This document shows positions 28,382-37,616 of a DNA stretch of 39,288 bases, one piece after another. Position 1 is the first letter of the stretch. Each line of letters starts with the position of its first letter. The stretch comes from Pirellulales bacterium (GTDB lineage: Bacteria; Planctomycetota; Planctomycetia; Pirellulales; Pirellulaceae), in the NCBI GenBank assembly GCA_038215215.1, contig JBBQRC010000001.1:1-39288 (forward strand), read 5' to 3'. The notes below the pieces were generated by a model. The model saw only the letters and a program-made list of their open reading frames with translations. It ran no database searches and had not been told where the DNA came from. Position numbers and translations under genes: made by a program.

Positions 28382-29407
28382 TTAGTTTTTCCACGCGGCG
28401 CGATATCGCTGGCCAAGGTTTACGATTTTCTGGAGCAGTTCCTCGTAACTAACGCCTCCCTTTTCGGCTGACTCCGCAAAGTCCTCACCGTAGGACAAAT
28501 TCGGGTTCGGATTGGCCTCAAGTACATAGACGCCGCCGTCCGCACTCATACGCAGATCCATACGCGCATAACCACTCAGGTCGAGCGCCCGGTAAACGCG
28601 TTTGCAAATCTTGACGATGCTTTGCTGTTGAGCTTCAGTGAGTCCCTCTGCCATGCAGGTTTCGATGCCAAACTTAGCTTGATACTGGCGATCCCACTTT
28701 ACTTTGCGAGTGGCGATGTTCGCGGTGCCGCTGGTGTTTTTGGTAAACAGCAGTTCCCAAATAGGAAAAGATTGCATGCGTTCATTACCGATGATGCCGA
28801 CATAGAGTTCTCGGCCTTCGATATATTCTTCAGCCAGTGCGTCTGCTTGGGTATGTTCGTGGATGAAGTGCACGCGCTCGGCCAATGCCGCATCGTCATA
28901 GACAATAGAAGCTTGAGAGATACCTAACGAAGCGTCTTCAGAAACGGACTTGACGAAGATTGGAAACTTGAGTCGCTGTGGTCGCCTAACTTTGCGGCCC
29001 AGGGGAAACACGGCGAAATGCGGCGAGGGGATTCGGTGAAACGACAGGATTTTCTTTGACAGCGCCTTATCCTTGGAGAGAATCAATCCGCGTGGATTGC
29101 AACCGGTATACGGCTGGCGCATCAGTTCCAGATAGCTGACGATAGCATGATCGTAGGTCACAACACCGTGAAATTCCTCTAATAAATTAAAGGCAACATC
29201 GGGCTGGCGTTGCAGAATGGCCTCGCGCACAGGAGTCAAGTCATTGCTAACCCCAATGACCTCCACGTTGTGCCCGATTTCACGGAGGGTTGAGATCACA
29301 TCAAATTCCGTTTTCCATTCGTCAATTTCCTTCTCGCTATGTCCGGCCAAATCATCAGGCGGAACAAGAGTTTCATTGACTAGGGCGAGAATTTTCTGTT
29401 GTTTCAT
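28382..29407 (-). CDS. D-Ala-D-Ala ligase-like ATP-grasp enzyme (non-canonical)
   Basis: PYTG, DKALSK, PIFVK, EEYIEGRE, GYARMDLR and VLEANPNP. The start ATG 29407 overlaps the upstream stop (ATGA). Confidence 0.88.
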   Translation of the reverse strand: MKQQKILALVNETLVPPDDLAGHSEKEIDEWKTEFDVISTLREIGHNVEVIGVSNDLTPVREAILQRQPDVAFNLLEEFHGVVTYDHAIVSYLELMRQPYTGCNPRGLILSKDKALSKKILSFHRIPSPHFAVFPLGRKVRRPQRLKFPIFVKSVSEDASLGISQASIVYDDAALAERVHFIHEHTQADALAEEYIEGRELYVGIIGNERMQSFPIWELLFTKNTSGTANIATRKVKWDRQYQAKFGIETCMAEGLTEAQQQSIVKICKRVYRALDLSGYARMDLRMSADGGVYVLEANPNPNLSYGEDFAESAEKGGVSYEELLQKIVNLGQRYRAAWKN

Positions 29408-30441
29408 AGCGCGACTCGTAGATGCCCGCCATGTAGATAATTCATCGTTTGCACCGTTAGTAAGATCGTAATATCCCGCTTCGCTTGCTCTTCGCTTGTG
29501 GCCAATCGCAGTTTCAACTCGCGGCAACGCTCGATCATTTCGGAGATAACTTGATCGATCGTATATTGGTTTTCGCCCGTCCACTGTGCCACGGCAGCCC
29601 GGACCTCACGGCGTACACGTCGCAGAAAACTCGACGCGGCCGCCTGCTTGCGATGCTCCGGTTTTTCGGAGAAAAGTTTACGCAAATCGCGATCGTAGAA
29701 ACTGGGGTGGTCCACACCGTAGTGTGCCCTTCGTTTGCGATAGTGCTCGCCCAACGTCTGGCGCATCGATTTTATTGAGTAGACGCGCCGCCGTGAGAGC
29801 ACGGAGGGCTTTTCCTGGAGGAGCGATCCCATGAGCTCATTAAGATACTGCAGTTTTTTTAAGGCTGGCCAGCCGCTGTATTGGGTGCGCCACCGCGACC
29901 GTGGCCGCAGCCATACCGCAAACGTTTCGGCAAAGTCCTCGACTGGGTGGGACTGCGCGTACCACATATCCAAATGCAGTACAAATTTACGACTAAAGGG
30001 TTTCGGCTGGTAATGAGCTGGATAGGGGATGGAGACTTTGCCGAAAATTTCTCGATAGCTCCTGCGTCTTCGCAGTCGAAAAGCCGTATCCAGGGTGTGA
30101 CCTGCTTCATGGCGCAGGATTTTCATACAGTGATCCTGCGTGCCCCCTTCGACATCCAATAACTGCTTTCGTTCCAGCCGCATCAGCCGCGAGTGTGTCA
30201 AATAAAAGGGTACTGCAATCCCTGGAATGCCGTCCGGAGAGAACCACTCATCTGAAATCCAGCAGTGAGGGCGAAACTTAATGCCTCGCTCTTCGAGTTC
30301 TGTGTAGAGCTGCTGTATGCGGCCTTCAATAATTGTACCCTCCAGTCCAACTGGCAGGTCACACATTCTCATGGCCAGCAACTCTTCGTCCGTTAGCCTG
30401 TTTAAATCGACGGTTCCTTTTGTGCGATTGTGATTGACCAC
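29404..30441 (-). CDS. Putative zinc-binding metallopeptidase
   Basis: HEAGH (HExxH) and a downstream YAQSHPVEDFAETFAVWL third-ligand motif. Confidence 0.85.
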   Translation of the reverse strand: MVNHNRTKGTVDLNRLTDEELLAMRMCDLPVGLEGTIIEGRIQQLYTELEERGIKFRPHCWISDEWFSPDGIPGIAVPFYLTHSRLMRLERKQLLDVEGGTQDHCMKILRHEAGHTLDTAFRLRRRRSYREIFGKVSIPYPAHYQPKPFSRKFVLHLDMWYAQSHPVEDFAETFAVWLRPRSRWRTQYSGWPALKKLQYLNELMGSLLQEKPSVLSRRRVYSIKSMRQTLGEHYRKRRAHYGVDHPSFYDRDLRKLFSEKPEHRKQAAASSFLRRVRREVRAAVAQWTGENQYTIDQVISEMIERCRELKLRLATSEEQAKRDITILLTVQTMNYLHGGHLRVAL

Positions 30442-30679
30442 GAACCTAGCCTACTTCAGAAATTAACAACGTTCTCCCGCGCAGTCTAATCAGGACTCAC
30501 GCAGACGGTCCGCCGCAACTTCTGAATTCTAATAGGACGAGTGCCTTCACTTCAGTCACGCGACACTGGTACTTCGGCCGGTGAAGCAATGGCGTAAAAA
30601 CTGTGTTGATATTGTATCACACTCGCAGTACGATTTCGACCGCGAAATTGGTCGTAAAAAGCGAAAGCGGATGCCTGAT

Positions 30680-31732
30680 CTACTCCGCCTCTACAAATTC
30701 TACCGGCTGAGCGTCAGCCAACAGACGCAGCTTGTCCATGGCTCGCTTTTCCAACTGACGTACACGTTCCTTCGACACTCCGAGAGCGTCAGCCAACTTC
30801 TGCAACGTCTGCACGCGACGATGCCCACCTAGAGAGAAACGAGCACGAATAATGAACTTCTCTCTACGGTCCAGTTGATCGAGAAGACAGCCGAGATGTT
30901 GACGCAACGTGTTCCACCGCCCTTCGCTCATCGTTGGCGAGTGTACATCGTCTGCCACGTCCATACCGGGCTCGTAGACACTGTTAGTAATCTTCATCCG
31001 CTCTTCTTGGCGTTCCATTACCAGCCGATAACTGTTGCGGCGAACAACCTGAGTGGCGTATGTGCTAAAGCGGAAGCCACGGTCGTAGTCAAATTTTTCA
31101 ACAGCCCGCATCAGGGCGATAATCCCATCACTCAACAGATCGTCGAAGCTACACTGGTGGTTGGCAAACTTCTTGACGATCGACATGACTAGTCGAAGGT
31201 TGGCCTGTACGATGTTGTCGCGGTGCCAGTTGGCGGCCCGCAGCAAACCTTCAGCTCTCTCAAAACTCCACTGCTCGCACTTCTTAGGTGACGTTGCCAA
31301 GGCTTCTAGTATGCGATGAGCACGAAATCGGAGGTAGTTCATGCGTTGAAACATGGATCGTTCCTGCTCCGGAGTCAGCAGGGCTCGTTCGCACAGTCCG
31401 GCCAGGTGTGCAGGCATGCTCGCAATTTTGGCAGAACGTTTTGAAGGCACATCGGTGACCAAGAGCAATTGTGTGTCGAGCACGTCCGCTTCTGCGGTGC
31501 GGAGTGCGAACATCTCGTTCGGGATGTGTTCCGAGGCCTCTTTGCACATCGCAGCGATCCGCTGGGGATCCAGCGGTTGGGGATCCATGCTCAGCTGGCA
31601 ATATTCCCGAAAGGCATCTTCTAGGACCTTCTTTTGGAAGGTTCGCTTCGGACCCGTTTGGGCACTGAGCGACTTCTTCTTGCTGACAGGGGAAATCGTC
31701 CGCACGGGATAGCTCATCGTTTGTGTCACCAT
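30680..31732 (-). CDS. Sigma-70 family RNA polymerase sigma factor (alternative; regions 1.2-like, 2 and 4)
   Basis: LLTPEQE; ANLRLVMSIVKK...ALMRAVEKFDYDRGFRFSTYAT; TLQKLADALGVSKERVRQLE. Confidence 0.93.
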   Translation of the reverse strand: MVTQTMSYPVRTISPVSKKKSLSAQTGPKRTFQKKVLEDAFREYCQLSMDPQPLDPQRIAAMCKEASEHIPNEMFALRTAEADVLDTQLLLVTDVPSKRSAKIASMPAHLAGLCERALLTPEQERSMFQRMNYLRFRAHRILEALATSPKKCEQWSFERAEGLLRAANWHRDNIVQANLRLVMSIVKKFANHQCSFDDLLSDGIIALMRAVEKFDYDRGFRFSTYATQVVRRNSYRLVMERQEERMKITNSVYEPGMDVADDVHSPTMSEGRWNTLRQHLGCLLDQLDRREKFIIRARFSLGGHRRVQTLQKLADALGVSKERVRQLEKRAMDKLRLLADAQPVEFVEAE

Positions 31733-32010
31733 GTCGCCGAAACCTTTTCAACAAATCGTTCTAGCCAAAATCGTTCAAAACATCCAATCCGCTCAAAACG
31801 TTTTACCGCTTTTGCAAGTCGATTGCAACCGAATAATCCGAAAAATGTTGAAAGATCTCTGGGTAACTGCTTTTTGTGGTGCGCTGTGAGCTACCTCACA
31901 CTAGTCCGGGGAATATACTTAGCCGGTCAAAACGCTCAATTCGGCTTATTTGCGGTACGAACAGTTGAGCTATTCCCCTCGCCGAAACGGTTCAAACATT
32001 GGGAACAGAA

Positions 32011-32883
32011 GTGGATGAACAGCTCACAACTCGGCAGGTCGCAGACGCTCTGAACGTCTCTGAGTCTTCCGTCAAGCGATGGTGTGATCAAGGAGCGATT
32101 CCGACCATTCGCACCGTCGGCGGGCATCGTCGTATCTCTAGTGATGCTTTCCGACAATTCGTCGAGAAGACGAAGCGGGGCGGGCCGGGCATGGGCGAGC
32201 CGAATGCCCCGCCGACGTCCACATCGCTGGCCACGGTTGAGGAATTGTCGTTGGAGTTTGAGAAGTCAATTCTTGAGGGGAATGAAGCCGCTTGTAGTGG
32301 CGTATTGGTGAAAGCCTACGCCGAGAGCCGCGCATTTGCCACTTTGGCGGATGAGCTGATTGCCCCCACGTTCCGACGCTTAGGGGAGATGTGGACGTGT
32401 GGTGACATCGAAATCTTCCAGGAGCGGAGAGGGTGTGAGATTTGTCAGCGTGCCCTACACCATTTACTGCGAACGCTTCCGGCTGAATCAGCTTTCGCCC
32501 CGATGGCGGTGGGAGGCACACCCGCAGGCGACCACTACAGTTTATCTAACCAATTGACCGAACTGGTCTTGCGTGAAAGTGATTGGGGGACCAGGAATTT
32601 GGGTTCTAATCTACCCCTGCGGACGATTGCTGCCGCGGCCCTAAAGTTCGGCGCCAAGCTTGTTTGGCTGAGCGTCTCACATTTGGAAGATGAGCAGCGA
32701 TTCGTCGACGAGTTCGCGCAATTTCGGCAGCAGTTACCACCCCATACTCCGATTGTGCTGGGCGGTCGTGCACTGCATGACCAGCTTCGGCCAAAGCTCC
32801 AATACACGGCCCACTGCGACAACTTGCAACAGCTAACCGCATTCTCCCGTGCACTTCGCCAAAATCAATGGTCGGCAAACTGA
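32011..32883 (+). CDS. MerR/excisionase-type HTH regulator with cobalamin-binding-like domains (CarH/LitR-like architecture)
   Basis: LTTRQVADALNVSESSVKRWCD...RTVGGHRR; helical cap LGEMWTCGDIEIFQE; Rossmann elements NLGSNLP, LVWLSVS and IVLGGRAL. Confidence 0.85.
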   Translation: MDEQLTTRQVADALNVSESSVKRWCDQGAIPTIRTVGGHRRISSDAFRQFVEKTKRGGPGMGEPNAPPTSTSLATVEELSLEFEKSILEGNEAACSGVLVKAYAESRAFATLADELIAPTFRRLGEMWTCGDIEIFQERRGCEICQRALHHLLRTLPAESAFAPMAVGGTPAGDHYSLSNQLTELVLRESDWGTRNLGSNLPLRTIAAAALKFGAKLVWLSVSHLEDEQRFVDEFAQFRQQLPPHTPIVLGGRALHDQLRPKLQYTAHCDNLQQLTAFSRALRQNQWSAN

Positions 32884-33198
32884 TGCGGCCGTGAAAGCTG
32901 CCCCAAACTCGCAGGGACGATTTAACCTCGCCCCAACTGCAACGCGGGCGCCGTCCATTTTCGGACCTGGGATCCGCTTGTTTTGTGTGGCACTCGCCCC
33001 GCCAGTGGTTACTGAGAGTTAGGAGCTGCGCGGAAATAAGTCAAGTCTGCTATACTGACGCGCTTGCCTGACTAGTTATTTCGAGTTGCAAACCGGCCCC
33101 CGCCCAACCGTCGCAACGACTCGCCGTCAATCTCACGGCTGACGATTGCCGATTGCTAACCGCTCGCCACCTCAACCTGCCTCCTGTGGGAATCGCAC

Positions 33199-35784
33199 AT
33201 GTCGACCAGTCTCCGCACTTTTGGGTTATTCCTTGCAATCATCTTCTTTGATGGAACGATTCATTGCTTCCCAACTTATGCCGCTGAACTGGAGCAACTG
33301 ACCGGGAAGAATTTCGAAAAACTTGTGCCGGCGGGGAAAGAAGTCGACGCGATTTATGGCGACTGGGTGCTGCGCAATGATCGCGTGACAATTGTCATTG
33401 CCCAGCCATTGGCCGGACGCAATGCAAATATGACCGTGCGTGGTGTCGGTGGCATGATTATCGACATGACGCGGCGAAGTGGTGCCAGCGATCAACTGAG
33501 TTGCTTTTATCCAGGAGCTGGTCGTTACCTGTTCGATAACGCCGACTCGCTGGTGGTGACCGCCGATCAACAAGCGGTGGATGTCAAACCAGGCTTAGTG
33601 GTCAGGGGCAAGGCGATTAGCTTCAGTGTGACTGGCAAACCGATCGTAGATAATCAGTCGACAGCGCGCGTCACGTACACCTTGCGGGATAATGAGGATT
33701 GGCTTGACTATCAAGTAGAAATAGCCAGCGAAGCTCAACAAGCCCAGTCGATCGTGGCGTCCGACTCGCTGCGATGTGACGGTGCCATTTTCCGCTTTGG
33801 CAGTGAGGATGACCAACGTTTGTTCTACGCTGAAGATGCCTATTTCGGGCAGTGTTATGGTTTCCTGCCCGACAAGGGCGTTTATGAGCGCTCGTCGGAT
33901 AAACGCACACTCGTGCTGAAATTAGCAGATTCAGCCGAACCGGTAATTGCAACGGGGGACAAACGAAGCTGGGGTGGCAAGATCTGCTGTTCCCAAGGGC
34001 TACCTGGTGTGCGCAGTTGGGCCGCAGCGCAGGCCGCTAAGTCATCGACGACTCAGGTACAACTCAAGTTAGAATCACCGCATGGTAACGTGCAACATGC
34101 GCGGGTTGAAGTCATGCAGGGGAACAAGTCGTTGGGCACCATCGATTCGAATTTAGAGGGGCTGGTACGCACAGAACTGCTCCCAGGTAAATACCAAATT
34201 AAGGTCCTATCGATCGGTCGTCCGGTCCGAGAGCATGCTCTAGAAGTGGGTGAGACGCCCTTGGCGCAGTCGCTGAGCTTGGCGGTGGCCAGCCGTGTCA
34301 GAGCGACCATTACGGACGGTGATGGCGCGCCCATCGCGGCCAAAGTTCAGTTCGTACCCTTAACGGGAGCGGAGCTGCCCGACTTTGGACCGGATGCCGG
34401 CATCGATGCGATCAAGAACGTGGTTTATTGCCCACTAGGCAAGTTCGAGCAGGCGATCAATCCAGGCAAGTATCAGGCAATCATCAGTCATGGACCTGAG
34501 TACGATGCGGACATGCAGGACATCGAAGTTGGCCCGGGGCAATTGGTGTTACTGAAGTCGTCGATCAAGCGGACGGTGAACACGGCGGGCTGGATCAGCT
34601 CCGATTTTCACAGCCACAGTAGTCCTTCGGGCGACAATGTTTCGCATCAACTGGGTCGAGTGCTCAACTTGTTGGCTGAGCATATCGAATTCGCTCCGTG
34701 CACCGAACACAATCGCATCGACACTTATGCGGACGACCTACAGTTCCTGAAAGCTACCGCGGCGATGGCCACATGCACCGGCATGGAGCTGACGGGATCA
34801 CCGCTACCGATCAACCACCAAAATGCTTTTCCGCTACACCGCCATGAACATCAGCAGGATGGCGGCGGTCCGGTTACGGACGCAGACCCGGTGAAACAGC
34901 TTGAGCGATTGGCGCTGTGGGATTTGGCCAGTGCGAAAGTTGTTCAAACGAACCACCCCAACATTCCTCAGATCTTGGGAGATCGCGATTTGGACAACCA
35001 GGCGGACGGTGGCTTTCGCGGCATGTTGGGCTGGATGGATGTGATCGAAGTGCATCCACCCGAAGGTATTTTTACGCCACCAGCCGCCAATATGCTCGCA
35101 GCGGATAAGAAATCCAATCCTATTTTTTATTGGCTGCAGTTGTTGAATCTTGGCTATCGCCTCCCTGGAGTGGTCAACACGGATGCACATTACAATTTTC
35201 ACGGTTCGGGTTGGCTACGAAATTATATGGAGTGCAGCACCGACGACCCCGCAAAAATTAGCGTGGACGAAATGATCCACTCGGCCGAACACGGCCACAT
35301 GATCATGACGACCGGTCCGTTTCTCGAAGCCCAAATACGATTGCAACGCGAGGGGCAAGCGGAATACTACGTCAGCGGTGAAGATGTCGATTTGCGTGGG
35401 GCCGATGCGAAGTTATGGGTGCGGGTCCAGTGCCCTAATTGGTTTGATATCAATCGCGTGCAAGTGTTTGCGAATGGCAAGCCGCTGCCGGAGATGAACT
35501 TCACTCGCAAATCGCACCCTGAACGATTCAGCGACCAGACGGTCCGTTTTGAAGGGGAAATCGCACTGCCAAAGTTCGCTACGGATACGCATGTTATTGT
35601 GGCCACGACCGGAGAAGGACTGACGCTGGGGCCAGTCATGGGGATTGAACGGGGAAAAACGGTTCCCACTGCGGTCGCAAATCCTATTTTTCTGGATGTC
35701 GACGGTGGCGGATTTAAAGCAAATGGGGATGATTTAGGTGTTCCGTTCATGTTACCTACCGCCGCTGAAGACGGTCAAAAATAA
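33199..35784 (+). CDS. Secreted CehA/McbA-family (PHP-like) metallohydrolase
   Basis: Signal peptide; GDWVLRND; WISSDFHSHS, CTEHN, GME, NHP and NTDAH metal-ligand motifs; ANPIFLDVDG. Confidence 0.85.
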   Translation: MSTSLRTFGLFLAIIFFDGTIHCFPTYAAELEQLTGKNFEKLVPAGKEVDAIYGDWVLRNDRVTIVIAQPLAGRNANMTVRGVGGMIIDMTRRSGASDQLSCFYPGAGRYLFDNADSLVVTADQQAVDVKPGLVVRGKAISFSVTGKPIVDNQSTARVTYTLRDNEDWLDYQVEIASEAQQAQSIVASDSLRCDGAIFRFGSEDDQRLFYAEDAYFGQCYGFLPDKGVYERSSDKRTLVLKLADSAEPVIATGDKRSWGGKICCSQGLPGVRSWAAAQAAKSSTTQVQLKLESPHGNVQHARVEVMQGNKSLGTIDSNLEGLVRTELLPGKYQIKVLSIGRPVREHALEVGETPLAQSLSLAVASRVRATITDGDGAPIAAKVQFVPLTGAELPDFGPDAGIDAIKNVVYCPLGKFEQAINPGKYQAIISHGPEYDADMQDIEVGPGQLVLLKSSIKRTVNTAGWISSDFHSHSSPSGDNVSHQLGRVLNLLAEHIEFAPCTEHNRIDTYADDLQFLKATAAMATCTGMELTGSPLPINHQNAFPLHRHEHQQDGGGPVTDADPVKQLERLALWDLASAKVVQTNHPNIPQILGDRDLDNQADGGFRGMLGWMDVIEVHPPEGIFTPPAANMLAADKKSNPIFYWLQLLNLGYRLPGVVNTDAHYNFHGSGWLRNYMECSTDDPAKISVDEMIHSAEHGHMIMTTGPFLEAQIRLQREGQAEYYVSGEDVDLRGADAKLWVRVQCPNWFDINRVQVFANGKPLPEMNFTRKSHPERFSDQTVRFEGEIALPKFATDTHVIVATTGEGLTLGPVMGIERGKTVPTAVANPIFLDVDGGGFKANGDDLGVPFMLPTAAEDGQK

Positions 35785-35819
35785 CACGGCCTTGCAACAG
35801 AATATCGCGGAGTTCCCAC

Positions 35820-37136
35820 GTGTCGTTAGATTTCCAACCTATGAGTCGTATTAAGAATCATCAACGCTCTGAAGCTGCCTTCAAACGGGCGCGGACGTTG
35901 ATGCCTGGCGGAGTGAATAGCCCAGCGCGGGCGTTCAATTCCGTGGGTGGTCATCCGCTGTTCATCGCACGTGCCAGTGGTCCGTATCTGCACGATATCG
36001 ACAGCCATCGCTACCTGGACTACATCGGTTCGTGGGGTCCAATGATTCTGGGGCACGCAGCTCCGCAGGTGATTGAAGCGATTCAGCAGGCTGCCGAACG
36101 TGGGACTAGCTTTGGCGCACCCACCGAAGCGGAGTCGATTCTCGCTGAGCTGATTATTGAAGCGGTGCCGTCGGTCGAGCGGGTGCGGTTGGTCAATAGT
36201 GGCACAGAGGCGACGATGAGCGCGATTCGTTTGGCGCGCGGAGCCACAGGGCGCGATCAAGTCATCAAGTTCTCGGGCAATTACCATGGCCATGTCGACA
36301 GCTTGCTAGTGTCGGCCGGAAGCGCGGCTGCGACGTTGGGGGTGCCCGATTCGCCGGGGGTCACGAAGGGCACGTCGCGCGATACGCTGGTGCTGGAATA
36401 CAACGACATCGAGCAAATGGAGCGGACTTTCGCAGAGCATGGCCCGAAGATAGCGTGTCTCATTCTGGAGCCGGTGGTGGGTAATATGGGGTGCGTGCCA
36501 CCGCGTCCCGGATTTCTGGAAGCCGCCCGGCGACTCTGCACGGAGCATGGCAGTGTGCTCATTTTTGACGAGGTCATGACGGGCTTTCGCGTTGCCTACG
36601 GCGGTGCACAGGAACTCTATGGCATCACCCCTGACCTGACCACACTGGGTAAGATTGTCGGGGGTGGCTTGCCTTTGGGTGCCTACGGTGGCCGAGCTGA
36701 CTTGATGGATCAAGTTCTCCCGGCAGGTAAGGTGTTTCAGGCGGGAACCTTGAGCGGAAATCCCCTGGCCACAGCGGCCGGAGCAGCGACCTTGCGGATC
36801 CTGCGCGATGATCCACCGTATGCGTATCTTGATGAGCAGGGAGCGCGGTTGGCGGCAGGACTGAGTCGGGCGGCTGAGTTGGCCGGTATTCCGCACCAGA
36901 TGCAGCGTGTCGGCAGCATGATGACACTCTTCTTCTGCGCGCAGCCAGTTTACAGTTGGCCGGAGGCAAACACGTGCGATCGGAGCATGTTTGCCGCCTA
37001 CTTCTGGGGCTTGATCGACCGCGGAATCTACATGCCGTGCAGTCAGTTTGAAGCCTTATTCTTCTCACGGACTCACCTACCGGAGCACATCGACGAGACC
37101 ATCGCCGCTGCCCACGAGGTGCTGGCAAATCAGTAG
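35820..37136 (+). CDS. hemL: Glutamate-1-semialdehyde 2,1-aminomutase
   Basis: MPGGVNSPARAF, SWGPMILGH, NSGTEATMSAIRLAR, FDEVMTGFR, PLP lysine in LGKIVGGGLP and QAGTLSGNP. Confidence 0.97.
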   Translation: MSLDFQPMSRIKNHQRSEAAFKRARTLMPGGVNSPARAFNSVGGHPLFIARASGPYLHDIDSHRYLDYIGSWGPMILGHAAPQVIEAIQQAAERGTSFGAPTEAESILAELIIEAVPSVERVRLVNSGTEATMSAIRLARGATGRDQVIKFSGNYHGHVDSLLVSAGSAAATLGVPDSPGVTKGTSRDTLVLEYNDIEQMERTFAEHGPKIACLILEPVVGNMGCVPPRPGFLEAARRLCTEHGSVLIFDEVMTGFRVAYGGAQELYGITPDLTTLGKIVGGGLPLGAYGGRADLMDQVLPAGKVFQAGTLSGNPLATAAGAATLRILRDDPPYAYLDEQGARLAAGLSRAAELAGIPHQMQRVGSMMTLFFCAQPVYSWPEANTCDRSMFAAYFWGLIDRGIYMPCSQFEALFFSRTHLPEHIDETIAAAHEVLANQ

Positions 37137-37514
37137 TCGATCCATTCCGCGAACCGCAACTTAGCGTGCCGGCAATCGATTCACTGTGTGAACGGCAATT
37201 CCGCCCCGACCGGCGCCACAGCAGAAACGTACCTCCGGAATCACCATTTTGCCGCTGCTTGCGGCTCATATTGATAGCTTTACGGTGAGCCAAGATCGGC
37301 GATCAGCGGCCGAATAGATGGCTGACCGCCAAAGTCCGCATTCTTACAGTCGTCCGCGGTTGTTATACTCAGACGCCCGCAGTGAAGCGATTCGGCTTGC
37401 CTTTTGGCCCTGACAGCGGTCACTGCGGAGTGCCCTTCTCCGCTCGTTTTATGCTCGACGCTTCCCGCAGGTGGGGAGAGTTACACGATTTATCCAACCG
37501 TCAATTAGAGCGAC

Positions 37515-37571
37515 CTCGCCAGCTTTGAACAGAACTCGCCAGCTTTGAACAGTACTCGCCAGCTTTGAACA
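37515..37571. repeat. 20-bp tandem repeat, about 3 copies
   Basis: ctcgccagctttgaacagaa / ctcgccagctttgaacagta / ctcgccagctttgaaca. Confidence 0.95.
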
Positions 37572-37616
37572 CAGCGAACTTGCAAACCACAACACCACCC
37601 ATCTCCGAGCCAACTG

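Noticed and set aside
28382-29407. Calling this gene ddl or a van-type ligase
   Set aside because: The D-Ala-binding motifs are missing and there is no cell-wall or van gene context.
32884-33198. Cobalamin riboswitch downstream of the B12-binding-like regulator
   Set aside because: I could not find the conserved core elements (AGGGAA, GCCCCCGCxACTGT, B12 box) in the right order on either strand. An Infernal/Rfam scan would settle it.
37515-37571. Mini CRISPR array
   Set aside because: The repeats are head-to-tail with only 3 variable bases, with no spacers and no cas genes.
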